Shown piece by piece: positions 1 to 9,711 of a stretch of DNA of 64,000 nucleotides (positions within the stretch are counted from its first letter, which is position 1; every line of letters starts with the position of its first letter). Source of the stretch: Mycoplasmatota bacterium. GTDB lineage: Bacteria; Bacillota_I; Bacilli_A; MAG-NZ. A program made the translations under genes and the position numbers. The notes beneath the pieces were generated by a model. The model saw nothing but the letters and a program-made list of their open reading frames with translations, searched no databases and was not told the origin of the DNA. The stretch covers positions 868,001-932,000 of the forward strand of contig CP074575.1 of assembly GCA_018394315.1 (NCBI GenBank), in the 5' to 3' direction.

Positions 1-2
1 CA

Positions 3-344
3 GGAATTGCAATTTGGCCAATCATTCCTTTTATAACAGATCAAGAAAAAAATATTAACGAACTAATTAAGTATGCACATCTTGCGGGTTGTAAATATGT
101 GATTTTTGGAGATGCGCTTACATTGAGAGGTAAGCAAAGAGAGTATTTTTATAAGAAGTTAGATGAAGCAGGGAGTGATTTAGCCAAAAAGTATAAACGA
201 CTATATGGCGATAGTTATGTATGTAAATCAAAGAACATTGAAAAGATTAAAAAAATAATAAGAGATCTTTGTGAGGAATGTGGACTTGAGACTAAAGTTT
301 CTTATTATCAGGTAAAAGAACCCAGCCAGATTAGTTTATTCTAA
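3..344 (+). CDS. Radical SAM protein, SplB-like family, C-terminal part (5' truncated by window)
   Basis: Frame is open from base 3 (GIAIWPIIPFITDQEKNINELIKYA...). It shares LTLR-x-x-QREYFY and terminal QISLF with the complete radical SAM gene at 47190-48080. Confidence 0.8.
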   Translation, partial: GIAIWPIIPFITDQEKNINELIKYAHLAGCKYVIFGDALTLRGKQREYFYKKLDEAGSDLAKKYKRLYGDSYVCKSKNIEKIKKIIRDLCEECGLETKVSYYQVKEPSQISLF

Positions 345-486
345 ATTTGCGTTGAATTTTTGGATAAGGAGTATCAAGGGTTAAGAATACAATTTGAATA
401 CTGCTATGCCGTATTTTTTTATTTTAGATGACCCAGATGGTAATACACTTATAATTACAGGTGGACACGAGGAAAAATATAATTAA
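345..486 (+). pseudogene. VOC/glyoxalase-family remnant
   Basis: 406-486 reads MPYFFILDDPDGNTLIITGGHEEKYN*, with the DPDGN motif of VOC C-termini. No intact N-terminus. Confidence 0.5.
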
Positions 487-568
487 TCTTAACTTTAAGG
501 ATATACCATAAATGATTTCAACAATGATAGCTGAGCATAACTATAATACAGTACACTATGGAGGAAAA

Positions 569-1429
569 ATGAAAATTTTAGTTTTAGGAGGAACAAGATT
601 TGTAGGTATTCATTTAGTAAATGAATTACTTAAGAAATCTTATGATATTACTATTGCTAATAGAGGAACAACAAAAGATGAGTTTGGCCATGAAGTTAAG
701 AGAATTGTATTTGATAGGTATGATTCTAAAAGTATCAAAGATAAACTTACTGATCAATATGATGTTATTTATGACACATTAGCTTATGCATCAAATGATG
801 TTAAAGTATTGCTTGATAATATTAAATGTAATAAATATATAATGGTATCATCTGCTGCTGTGTATGAAGATTATATAAATGTATCTGAAGATAAGTTTCA
901 GCCAGAAAAAAACAAGTTAATATGGTGTAATCGTGGTGATTATAGTTATTCGAAAATCAAAAGACAAGCTGAGACAGCAATTTATCAAGAATATTCATCG
1001 GTAAATGCAATTACAGTTAGATATCCTTTTGTAGTAGGAAATGATGATTACACAAATCGATTAAAGTTTTATGTTGAGCACATAATAAATGGATTACCAA
1101 TGTATATTGATAACTTAAATGATCAATTGTGCTTTATTAGTTCAAATGAGTGTGGGAACGCATTAGCAGAACTAGCAAGTAAAAATTATGTTGGACCACT
1201 TAACTTTTCAAATAGTGGTGCAATTTCAATAAAAGAAATTATTAACTATATTGAAAGAAAAACAGGTAAGATAGCTGAATATGCAAAAAATGGGGACGCA
1301 GGACCTTATAATGGAAAGTATGTTAGTAGTCTGAATTTGTCAGAGTGTAATAAATTAAACATTGATTTTAGTGATGTAAGAGAATGGATATTTAATCTGT
1401 TAGATGAAATTATTGAGGAAGTAATTTAG
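569..1429 (+). CDS. NAD-dependent epimerase/dehydratase family (SDR)
   Basis: MKILVLGGTRFVG Rossmann motif and YxxxK (YSKIK). SD GGAGG precedes ATG 569; ORF track starts at 512. Confidence 0.85.
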   Translation: MKILVLGGTRFVGIHLVNELLKKSYDITIANRGTTKDEFGHEVKRIVFDRYDSKSIKDKLTDQYDVIYDTLAYASNDVKVLLDNIKCNKYIMVSSAAVYEDYINVSEDKFQPEKNKLIWCNRGDYSYSKIKRQAETAIYQEYSSVNAITVRYPFVVGNDDYTNRLKFYVEHIINGLPMYIDNLNDQLCFISSNECGNALAELASKNYVGPLNFSNSGAISIKEIINYIERKTGKIAEYAKNGDAGPYNGKYVSSLNLSECNKLNIDFSDVREWIFNLLDEIIEEVI

Positions 1430-1604
1430 TAACTGGTATACTGAAATTGCAATAGATATGATACAAATTAGGTCTAAGACGAGATTCAAGATGGATATTC
1501 AAGAAATTAAGAGCTTTGGGGTGAAAATTCGAGCCACCAGGTGGCGAATAGGCCTAGTTATCAGTAAATAAACAGGAGTAATACTATATTTGAAGGAGAA
1601 GTAA

Positions 1605-2177
1605 ATGATTATTTTAATTGGAGGAGCAAGTTGTACTGGGAAGACCTTAATGGCGAATAATTTAATGAAAAAGTATGCTATACCATATTTCTCACTGGAT
1701 TGGCTTAAAATGGGTCTCTATAGGAGTAATGGTGATATTAGATTTAACCCTAGTGACGATGATAAAAAGATAGAATCGTATTTAAGACCAATAGTTAGTG
1801 AGATGATTAAGACTTGTATTGAGAACAACCAAAGTTTAATTATTGAAGGTTGCTATATACTTCCATCAATATTAGATGATTTTGATGATGAGTACTTAAA
1901 TAAAATAATCTCAGTATTTCTTAACTTATCAGAGAATTACTTGATGAATAATTTTGAAGATGGAGTTATTAAAAATAGAAGTGTGATTGAATCTCGCAAC
2001 TATAAAGAAGATAGAGGTTGCAATGCTTTTGTAAAATTAAATAATGAACTTAGATTAGAGTGCGTGAAGTCCGATATAAATTTATTTGTGATAGACTCGA
2101 ATTATGAAGAAGAAATTATTGAGGTTTACAGTTATATAGAAAGAGAAATAAACAGAATTGAAAACGGAATGGATTAA
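1605..2177 (+). CDS. P-loop kinase (2-phosphoglycerate kinase/adenylate kinase-like)
   Basis: GGASCTGKT Walker A, IIEG Walker B-like motif, SD AAGGAG. Confidence 0.75.
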   Translation: MIILIGGASCTGKTLMANNLMKKYAIPYFSLDWLKMGLYRSNGDIRFNPSDDDKKIESYLRPIVSEMIKTCIENNQSLIIEGCYILPSILDDFDDEYLNKIISVFLNLSENYLMNNFEDGVIKNRSVIESRNYKEDRGCNAFVKLNNELRLECVKSDINLFVIDSNYEEEIIEVYSYIEREINRIENGMD

Positions 2178-2752
2178 TTTATCCCTTATGAATATAGACT
2201 GTAGAATAGTACGAAAGAAAGTATGAAAGAGTAATTGTTGTACTGACTTGATATAATAGTTTTAATTAAAATGTTATAACGTACAATAACATAAATATAC
2301 GACACATAGTATTAAAATCAAAAGTAAGCGGGATAGTCAAATATGGCTAGCCTGTTTTTTCTAACTTTTAAAGATATGTGTATAGATAATAGAGACAATC
2401 TCAGAAAGAAGAAGTTATGATAAAAGTATGCAATTTAGATAAATTTAGTAAGTACTATCCGGTATTATTTCATTATTATGAAAAGGACAGAATATGATAA
2501 GTTAATAAGAGCAATTGAATATGTTTATGAGGAATGTAATGTTAAGTAATGATTGCCTAAAAATATCACCTGTACACACTTTTTGTAGTTATTACTTAGA
2601 GGGTGTTAAAGGACTTACTGCTTTTGAAAAGGACTAATTTGATTTGCAGTTACTTCACGGAGAATAATGGGAATTTAATTTTCCCTTATTTGATATTATT
2701 GATTTGAAGTCCAGTACGGTCTATAATTATAGTGTACTTCTTAGAGAGTGTA

Positions 2753-2857
2753 ATGGATAATAGACTTCAAAGTCTTAAAGGGGAGAAAAGAGATAGAATT
2801 ATTAAGGTATCATTTGAAAAGATTAGGAATTCGCAAAAACTATTTAATAAGGGGTAA
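2753..2857 (+). pseudogene. Internally deleted TetR-family regulator (34-aa stub)
   Basis: MDNRLQSLKGEKRDRIIKVSFE resembles TetR helix-1 N-termini and is joined directly to a C-terminal-like KLFNKG*. It lies just before the ABC operon SD. Confidence 0.5.
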
Positions 2858-2870
2858 AGGAGATTAGAGT

Positions 2871-3743
2871 ATGAATGTAATTGAGTTTAATAAATTAACC
2901 AAGTATTACGGTGATGTTAAGGGATGTAAAGATGTAGATTTTAATGTTAAGCAAGGAGAAATATTCGGATTCATTGGCCCAAATGGAGCCGGGAAAAGTA
3001 CTACAATTCGATCAATGCTATCTTTAATTTATCCTACTAGTGGTTCAGTTACTATATTCGGTAAAGATGCAATTGAGTTTGGTAGTGAGGTACGTAAAGA
3101 GATTGGTTATTTACCATCTGAAGTGTTCTACTATGACAAAATGAAAGTCATTGATTTACTAGAGTATTCAGCTAGCTTTTATGATAGGGATTGTACTGAT
3201 AGAATTAAAGAGTTAGCAGAGATAATGGAACTAAATCTTAATAGAAGAATCCAGGATTTATCTTACGGTAATAAGAAAAAAGTTGGAATTGTTCAAGGAT
3301 TACTGCATTCCCCAAAGTTACTTGTTTTAGATGAGCCAACTAGTGGATTGGATCCATTAATGCAGCAAAAGTTCTTCAAATTGATTGCTGAAGAAAATAA
3401 AAAGGGTGCAACAGTATTATTCAGTTCACATATCTTAAGTGAAGTTCAACAATTATGTGATAGAGTTGCGATTATTAAAGATGGTGAAATTGTAAGTGTT
3501 GAAGATGTTAAAGCATTACAACATGATAATTATAAAAAGTTCACAGTAAGAGGAACTGGGCTTAATAATGGTAGGTTCAATATTGATGGAGTGACACAAT
3601 TGGTTGAACGAGACGATAAAGTCAAATTTTTTTACAAAGGTGATATTAACAAAATTATTGAGATAGTTTCCAAATTAGTGCTTACCGATTTAGTAGTAGA
3701 AGAACCTACACTAGAAGAAATCTTTATGCACTATTATGAGTAG
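2871..3743 (+). CDS. ABC exporter ATP-binding protein
   Basis: GPNGAGKST, LSYGNKKK signature, LLVLDEPT, SSH switch. Confidence 0.95.
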   Translation: MNVIEFNKLTKYYGDVKGCKDVDFNVKQGEIFGFIGPNGAGKSTTIRSMLSLIYPTSGSVTIFGKDAIEFGSEVRKEIGYLPSEVFYYDKMKVIDLLEYSASFYDRDCTDRIKELAEIMELNLNRRIQDLSYGNKKKVGIVQGLLHSPKLLVLDEPTSGLDPLMQQKFFKLIAEENKKGATVLFSSHILSEVQQLCDRVAIIKDGEIVSVEDVKALQHDNYKKFTVRGTGLNNGRFNIDGVTQLVERDDKVKFFYKGDINKIIEIVSKLVLTDLVVEEPTLEEIFMHYYE

Positions 3744-3751
3744 GTGACTGT

Positions 3752-4555
3752 ATGAATATATATAAGTTTGAATTAAGAAATTTAAAGAAGTCTATCATGA
3801 TATGGGGACTAGCAGTACCCTTTGCCTTAGTAGGGTATATGTTATTCTATCCAATGATGTCGGGAGATACAGCGGCATTTGAAACTCTTATGGCGAATTT
3901 TCCTGAAGAATTTCTTGCAGCATTTGGTATGAATCCGAAACTACCTATTTTTAGTCTATTTGGGTATTTCTCATTAACCTTTGGGATGATTCAAATTCCT
4001 ATAGCAATCCAAGCATCAAACTATGGGTTTCATATCCTAAGTGTTGAAGAAAGGGAATTAACCGCAGATTTCTTGTTGAGTAAGCCGATTTCTAGAAGGA
4101 AAATATTCATATCGAAAATTATGGCGGCAGTTACTAGTTTAACTATTGTTAACATATTAGTATGGGTATCTTCGATTGCCGTTATTATGATCGTCAAGGG
4201 TGAGGAAGTAGTCGATTTGACGAATGTTAATATACTACTATCTACAACTGCACTTTTACAACTGACTTTCTTTGGAATTGGAATGGTTATCTCAGTATCA
4301 ATTAAAAAGGTATCAAGTGTGTTAACTTTCTCAATGGCTTTAGGATTTGGTCTTTACATAGTGGCATCGCTAGGTTCAATTTTAAGTTCTGGAATTTTCA
4401 AAATCATTTCACCATTTAGTCATTTTAATCCAGGTTTTATTTTAATAAACGGTAAATATGAGTGGAGTTTAGCGATTGTTTCTGTTATCGCGATTGTTGT
4501 TACTATACCACTGAGCTATTTCTTGTATAACAAAAGAAATATTGCTTCACTATAG
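3752..4555 (+). CDS. ABC-2 type permease
   Basis: About 6 hydrophobic segments and EERELTADFLLSKPISR motif; operonic with the ATPase. Confidence 0.9.
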   Translation: MNIYKFELRNLKKSIMIWGLAVPFALVGYMLFYPMMSGDTAAFETLMANFPEEFLAAFGMNPKLPIFSLFGYFSLTFGMIQIPIAIQASNYGFHILSVEERELTADFLLSKPISRRKIFISKIMAAVTSLTIVNILVWVSSIAVIMIVKGEEVVDLTNVNILLSTTALLQLTFFGIGMVISVSIKKVSSVLTFSMALGFGLYIVASLGSILSSGIFKIISPFSHFNPGFILINGKYEWSLAIVSVIAIVVTIPLSYFLYNKRNIASL

Positions 4556-4564
4556 GGGGTAAAG

Positions 4565-5356
4565 ATGAATATTATTAAAAGAGAGTTAAAAGCGAACTTA
4601 AAGTCATTATTGTTTTGGATTATTCCTTTAGGAGCAGTGATGTATGCTGCGTCAGTAGAATTTAATGCCTTTGCTGGAGATTCAGCGATAGCGGATGCGA
4701 TGAAGCAATTTGAGTTTATGTTTAAAGCACTTGGAAGTTCTGTTGCTGATATGACAAAACCTGAAGGGTTTATATCAATTGTTTCTTTGTATATTTATTT
4801 ACCATTAGCGATATATTCAGGTTTATTAGGTAGTGGAATAGTTTCTAAAGAAGAAAAAGATAAAACTGCAGAATATTTGTTTACATTACCTGTTAAGAGA
4901 TATGAAGTGATAAGAGCTAAATTGATTGTAGCAGTTGTATATTCAATGGTGATTAATTTAGCAATTGTGGGTACAGTGTATTTGACTTATTTAAGATTTG
5001 AAGTTAGCGATGGATATTTTAGGTTTATGTCTAATATGTCACTAGGTGTATTCCTAACACAGCTAATTTTCCTGGGAATTGGTATGCTAATATCATCTGT
5101 TCTGAAGCAGTATAAAAAATCTGGTTCAATTACAATTGGTTTATTAATGGGAACATTTATGTTATCGATATTAATTGGAATGGTCGATGGTAAATTGGAT
5201 TTCTTGAAGTTTGTTGTACCGTTTCAGTATTTCCCATCTGCTGATATGCTTGCAGGAACGTTTAATTTTGGATACGTAATCATAACATTGGTCGTAACGC
5301 TAATTTCAGTTGTGGGAACATTCTATTTCTATAAGAATAGAGATTTACATATTTAA
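4565..5356 (+). CDS. ABC-2 type permease
   Basis: About 6 TM segments and KEEKDKTAEYLFTLPVKR; paralog of the preceding gene. Confidence 0.9.
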   Translation: MNIIKRELKANLKSLLFWIIPLGAVMYAASVEFNAFAGDSAIADAMKQFEFMFKALGSSVADMTKPEGFISIVSLYIYLPLAIYSGLLGSGIVSKEEKDKTAEYLFTLPVKRYEVIRAKLIVAVVYSMVINLAIVGTVYLTYLRFEVSDGYFRFMSNMSLGVFLTQLIFLGIGMLISSVLKQYKKSGSITIGLLMGTFMLSILIGMVDGKLDFLKFVVPFQYFPSADMLAGTFNFGYVIITLVVTLISVVGTFYFYKNRDLHI

Positions 5357-5362
5357 CTATTA

Positions 5363-5395
5363 AGAGGAAGTGTTCCAAGTGAATTACTTCCTTTT
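5363..5395 (+). terminator. Probable intrinsic terminator
   Basis: GGAAGT...ACTTCC stem followed by TTTT after the ABC operon. Confidence 0.55.
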
Positions 5396-5877
5396 CTAAT
5401 AAATACTTATACTTATTAAATAATTTTAGTTTGAGTCAATAGAAAATCTGATGAGATTTATCTACAGGTATATTTCCAAAATAAATAATCCCTGAGATTT
5501 AGATTTAAGGGATTTGAAGCTAGGGGATTTTTTTAAAGAATCGATATGTGTAGAAAACGTGGTATGTGGACAATAGACCTAGAAAGAAGGGAACTATGAA
5601 GAAGATATCAGTATTATTACATATTACTTTGAGTGGATATAATTTAACTGAGACGTTAGTGTCATACATTAGAAAGCGAATTGGAAAAATATAATGATTT
5701 GTTGATATCTATAAGGTGTATTATTAATAGTGGTACTGCGAGTCTTAGTCAAAAATCAATTAACGAGTTGATATAGTTTAAGATAATGAATGTAATTTAG
5801 AAAAAAGAATAACGAGCATTATTAGAAATTACTGCGTATTAACGAATTTTATTTAGTATGGAAGAATGGGTGAAAAA

Positions 5878-6468
5878 ATGAAATATAAATATTTGGTAGT
5901 TTTTCTCATGTTTTTAGTATCAACTGTATCTCTTAGGGCAGATACAGTTAAGTATCCATATGATGAAATAGTCATTTTGCGTGCTTATACATTTAAAGTT
6001 TCTGAGGACACCGCTGAGACTAATGGGAATAATTTTTTACTCGAACTGGTTCATGAAGATAATCCTATTATCGAGGTGAAAGTAGCAAGTTTTAATTTGT
6101 ATACAGATGGTAAATTATCTGTAGGTGATGAAAGCATCATCATTGTTTCAGGAACAAACGGAACGATAAGATTCTTAAACAATGGATATTCAAAACACGA
6201 CGTTTTAGATGACTCTGATAAAGTCATTGGCTATATTGAAGAGTATCAGTTCTGGAATCACAAAATTTTAACTGATACTGGTGTAGTAAAGAGTAAAGAC
6301 ATGGATACAAAGGAATTGACTATAGTTTATGATTCTTTAAGCGAGACTTATACTCTGGAATCTTACGATGAAGAAACAAATGAGAGTACGAGTTCGGATT
6401 TTCTTGAAGAATCCTTCAAGGAAATTATTGATGAGTTTACATTTGTGTTTAATAATGAGGAGGAGTGA
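5878..6468 (+). CDS. Hypothetical secreted acidic protein
   Basis: Signal peptide MKYKYLVVFLMFLVSTVSLRA; D/E-rich mature part; no family recognised. Confidence 0.7.
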   Translation: MKYKYLVVFLMFLVSTVSLRADTVKYPYDEIVILRAYTFKVSEDTAETNGNNFLLELVHEDNPIIEVKVASFNLYTDGKLSVGDESIIIVSGTNGTIRFLNNGYSKHDVLDDSDKVIGYIEEYQFWNHKILTDTGVVKSKDMDTKELTIVYDSLSETYTLESYDEETNESTSSDFLEESFKEIIDEFTFVFNNEEE

Positions 6469-6470
6469 TC

Positions 6471-6644
6471 ATGAAAAAAATTGTCATTATATTGTTGTTG
6501 ACTATGGTATTAGCTCTTGCTGGGTGTACAGATGAAATTAGTAAGAACAATGCTGAAACTGTTATTGAAGTTGAAGAAATATACAACGGAGATATGCTTG
6601 TAGTTATTGAAAACGCAATAGATCAAATTTTAAGCAATAATTAA
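6471..6644 (+). CDS. Small or truncated lipoprotein (57 aa, not in ORF track)
   Basis: SD GAGGAG; MKKIVIILLLTMVLALAGC lipobox; downstream sequence looks like decayed coding DNA. Confidence 0.6.
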   Translation: MKKIVIILLLTMVLALAGCTDEISKNNAETVIEVEEIYNGDMLVVIENAIDQILSNN

Positions 6645-7267
6645 GCAAATTAGAGAATTATTTATAGCTCCTAAGAAATCATGATTTACATCAGGATAAA
6701 CTTTCAGAATGTAAATCAAAACAATCCAGAATCAGAATATGAGTGAGTATTTAGGTTATAGTGTTCTTGAAGAAGGAAATAAATCAGATTCTATACTACT
6801 CACTATGGGAGTAGATGATGTTGATGAATACTATAACACTCTATGTGGTAAAGGTGTTGATTTCACTTCATTATAAGGGTTTTCTTTCTTTATGCATCCC
6901 ACATCCATTTTACTCCATCCCAGTTGTGTCGAATTTGGTCGAATGAAATTGAGTGTGATAGGATGACATGTAGAAAAGTGTGATATTGTGACACATATGT
7001 CCATTTTTGAGATGATTTTGTAATAAAATAGTATTAAATAAGGGAGAAAAAATTTAGCAATATTATATTGAATCATTAGCGGATATTGTTTGATGTGAAT
7101 GGATAGGCTTTTAAGTTGCTTTGCTGCAGATTGGTTATCACCTGGCAATTTAGTGATTATCAGGAATGTCGAAGGTAAATATGCAGAAGATCTATTTATT
7201 ATAAAGGGAATTAAAGCTTTTACCACACGAGGCATTAGTAAAATACAAGAGTGAAAGGAAGAAGATT

Positions 7268-8035
7268 ATGAAAGAGTATAGTGTATTGATTATGTATTCA
7301 AAAGAATTGGATAGAGATGTTAAAGTATATGTTTCGTTACCGAAAAGTTACTTTGAAACAGATAAATATTATCCAGTGTTGTACATGCATGATGGACAAA
7401 TCCTGTTTAATGACTTTGAAGATCATAATGGTAAGAGTTGGGGGATAATGGAAAGTTATAAAAATAATCCAAACTTACCCGAACTAATACTTGTAGGAAT
7501 AGCTTCTGGTGACACAAGAAATGATGAGCTATTACCAGTTTCTATTGATAATAATAATGGTAAATTCATCGGGGGAAAAGCAAACGACTATATGGATTTT
7601 ATTGTTAATAAATTAAAACCTGTAATTAATAAGAAATATAGAACTCTTAAATCATCAGAAAATACAGGAATATTGGGGGTTTCTCTTGGAGGAGTGTGTT
7701 CAACATATGCAGCAACTAATTATTCCGAACACTTCACAATATTTGGGTGTGTATCAAACGCATATATTCCTATACGAAAAGACATGATAGAGATAATAAA
7801 AAAATCAGATTTATCGAGAGTTAAAAAGATGTATTTAGATGTGGGAACAAAAGAATCTGAAAATGAAAAAGGTAGAATTGCATATCTAGAGTCTAATAAG
7901 GAAGTATTTGATGTTTTAAAAGAAAAACTCGGTTCAGAAAGGATAAAATTTGAAGTAATTAAAGATGCCCAACACATTGTAGCGGATTGGGAAAAAAGAT
8001 TTCCAAATATAATTTCATATCTATTTAAAGGATAA
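7268..8035 (+). CDS. Alpha/beta hydrolase, putative esterase
   Basis: YPVLYMHDGQ, GVSLGG nucleophile elbow, DVGTKE, C-terminal His (AQH...WEKRFP). Confidence 0.9.
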   Translation: MKEYSVLIMYSKELDRDVKVYVSLPKSYFETDKYYPVLYMHDGQILFNDFEDHNGKSWGIMESYKNNPNLPELILVGIASGDTRNDELLPVSIDNNNGKFIGGKANDYMDFIVNKLKPVINKKYRTLKSSENTGILGVSLGGVCSTYAATNYSEHFTIFGCVSNAYIPIRKDMIEIIKKSDLSRVKKMYLDVGTKESENEKGRIAYLESNKEVFDVLKEKLGSERIKFEVIKDAQHIVADWEKRFPNIISYLFKG

Positions 8036-8248
8036 AAACATAATAACAATACAAATTGTAAGTCAGTAATATGAATGAAAGCAAGGAAGATTATTGAACT
8101 GCACATATTATGTTGCGACTTAAAAAGTTATGATGAGCCATATCATAAATAATTGTAAAACTAAATATCGCTCTAAAAAAATAGAAAAGCAAGGGATATC
8201 AAATAGTGAATCGTGCAAAATGATATATTAAAAACAGGAGGCTTAGTT

Positions 8249-8550
8249 ATGACTCAATTCTTGATATTGCTCTTGAATTCGAATAATCTTTTACCAAATC
8301 ATTTAAAAACTGTTTCGGACGACGCCCAGACAGTTAAGGATGAATAGATTTGAAACACATTTTTTTCGTTTAGAACCTCTTAACAGTTATAAAATTAATC
8401 ACTTAATAGGAGGATTTACAATGAAACCAGAAATCATTTATGACAAAGGTTTTATACTAGTTGGATTAGTTAATAAACATCAAAGACCAATAATAGAATT
8501 GGGCTAATATGGCAAAACTGGTTCAATATATTACCCACAATCAAGAATTA
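8249..8550 (+). pseudogene. AraC-family HTH + GyrI-like effector regulator, decayed
   Basis: Across frameshifts and stops: SILDIALEF..SFTKSFKNCFG / TPRQLR...GGFTMKPEIIYDKGFILVGL / IWQNW, i.e. AraC second HTH followed by a GyrI-type domain start. Confidence 0.65.
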
Positions 8551-8999
8551 AACACAACCTCATTTATTAATTGGTGTAGGATAATTTATGGATCGTGCAA
8601 GTGAGAGAAAAGAATTCAATCCAAAAAATAAATGGGAAAAGTTTATACGTAATCGATAATGTAATAAACAATTTAAGAGATGGATAATCTCTAAGAGAGT
8701 TCATTGATTAAAAAAGATGTAGACCGTTTGAAGTGGATTTTCACGGTGTAGGGCTTAATTTATAGGTCTTTGTTTTAACAGGAACTTTGCATTGTGTAAG
8801 ATTTAGCAGTTGTGTTGATAAAGATCTTTAAACTATTATATAGATAAAAGTGAAGCCAAGGAATCCACCTTGCTTCATTTTTTTATGCAATACTAATAGA
8901 CTCATTCATAATCTACTAAGAGTAATTAATATCATTTTCTTCATGATAGTTGCAATATTTGCCATATGATTTTTTAAGGTTAGGAGAAGAAGTAAAAGG

Positions 9000-9254
9000 A
9001 AAACCTCCTATGATAAATGAATAAGGTCTGCCAATCTCTAAATCAAAGAGGTATTAACTTGAATAAAAATAGTTTACTACACAGAACATGGTATTTAAGC
9101 ATCACATAATATTCCAAGCCAAATATAGAAGCCAATGTATGTGTAGACCAAGTCCTCATACTAGTCTCGATACTGCCCAATTAAGTGAGTCATACTAAGC
9201 ATAAAACCTTATAGACCTAGTGCAAACTATCGGTTCAGTCGGTAGTTATGCTTA
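9000..9254 (+). mobile_element. tnpA: IS200/IS605-family remnant (tnpA 5' fragment and terminal hairpin)
   Basis: From TTG 9059: LNKNSLLHRTWY / KHHIIFQAKYRSQ, matching the IS200 TnpA N-terminus (SLxHTxWxxKYHIVFxPKYR). Hairpin AACTATCGGTTCAGTCGGTAGTT is nested in TAAGCATAA...TTATGCTTA. Left boundary is approximate. Confidence 0.7.
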
Positions 9255-9309
9255 TGTTTACCTAACTAGATTTTTTAGATAATATCCTGTATTCATGATA
9301 AAAGCCAAT

Positions 9310-9369
9310 TTGACATGGAAACTATAGTTTGCTAGTATATTGATACCAGATATATCGATTATCGATATA
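9310..9369 (+). promoter_or_regulatory. Sigma-A promoter and palindromic operator of the padR operon
   Basis: TTGACA-17-TAGTAT with TG extension; perfect inverted repeat TATATCGAT-T-ATCGATATA at 9351-9369. Confidence 0.7.
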
Positions 9370-9384
9370 GAGGGGGAGAAAATA

Positions 9385-9711
9385 ATGGCAAAAGAACAAC
9401 TAAAAACCTTAACAGAGCCTATGTACTATATACTTCTGTCTCTAACTACACCTCACCATGGATATGGAATAATGCAAAATGTTGAGAATATAACTAGTCA
9501 GAGGGTAAGAATAGGTGCTGGGACATTATATGCACTACTCTCAAGATTTGAGAAGGAAGGATTTATAGTAAGACAATCAGATGATGATAGGCGAAAAAAC
9601 TATGTACTAACTGCTAAGGGTAAGACTCTTCTATATAATGAATTTGAAAGAATAAACAAACTAGTGAGCGATGGTAAAAAAATCTTGAGAAGAGGTGATT
9701 GTGATGAATAA
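9385..9711 (+). CDS. PadR-family transcriptional regulator
   Basis: LTEPMYYILLSL..P.HGYGIM..GAGTLYALL.R..RRKNY. SD GAGGGGG before ATG 9385. Confidence 0.92.
   Translation: MAKEQLKTLTEPMYYILLSLTTPHHGYGIMQNVENITSQRVRIGAGTLYALLSRFEKEGFIVRQSDDDRRKNYVLTAKGKTLLYNEFERINKLVSDGKKILRRGDCDE

Noticed and set aside
6831..7235. 134-aa minus-strand ORF
   Set aside because: No SD or recognisable motif; runs antisense through + strand remnants and promoter-like DNA.
8040..8133. attC-like pattern (TAATAAC...TAAGTC...GACTTA...GTTATGA) suggesting an integron cassette array
   Set aside because: Single degenerate instance; no similar sites after neighbouring genes and no integrase in the window.
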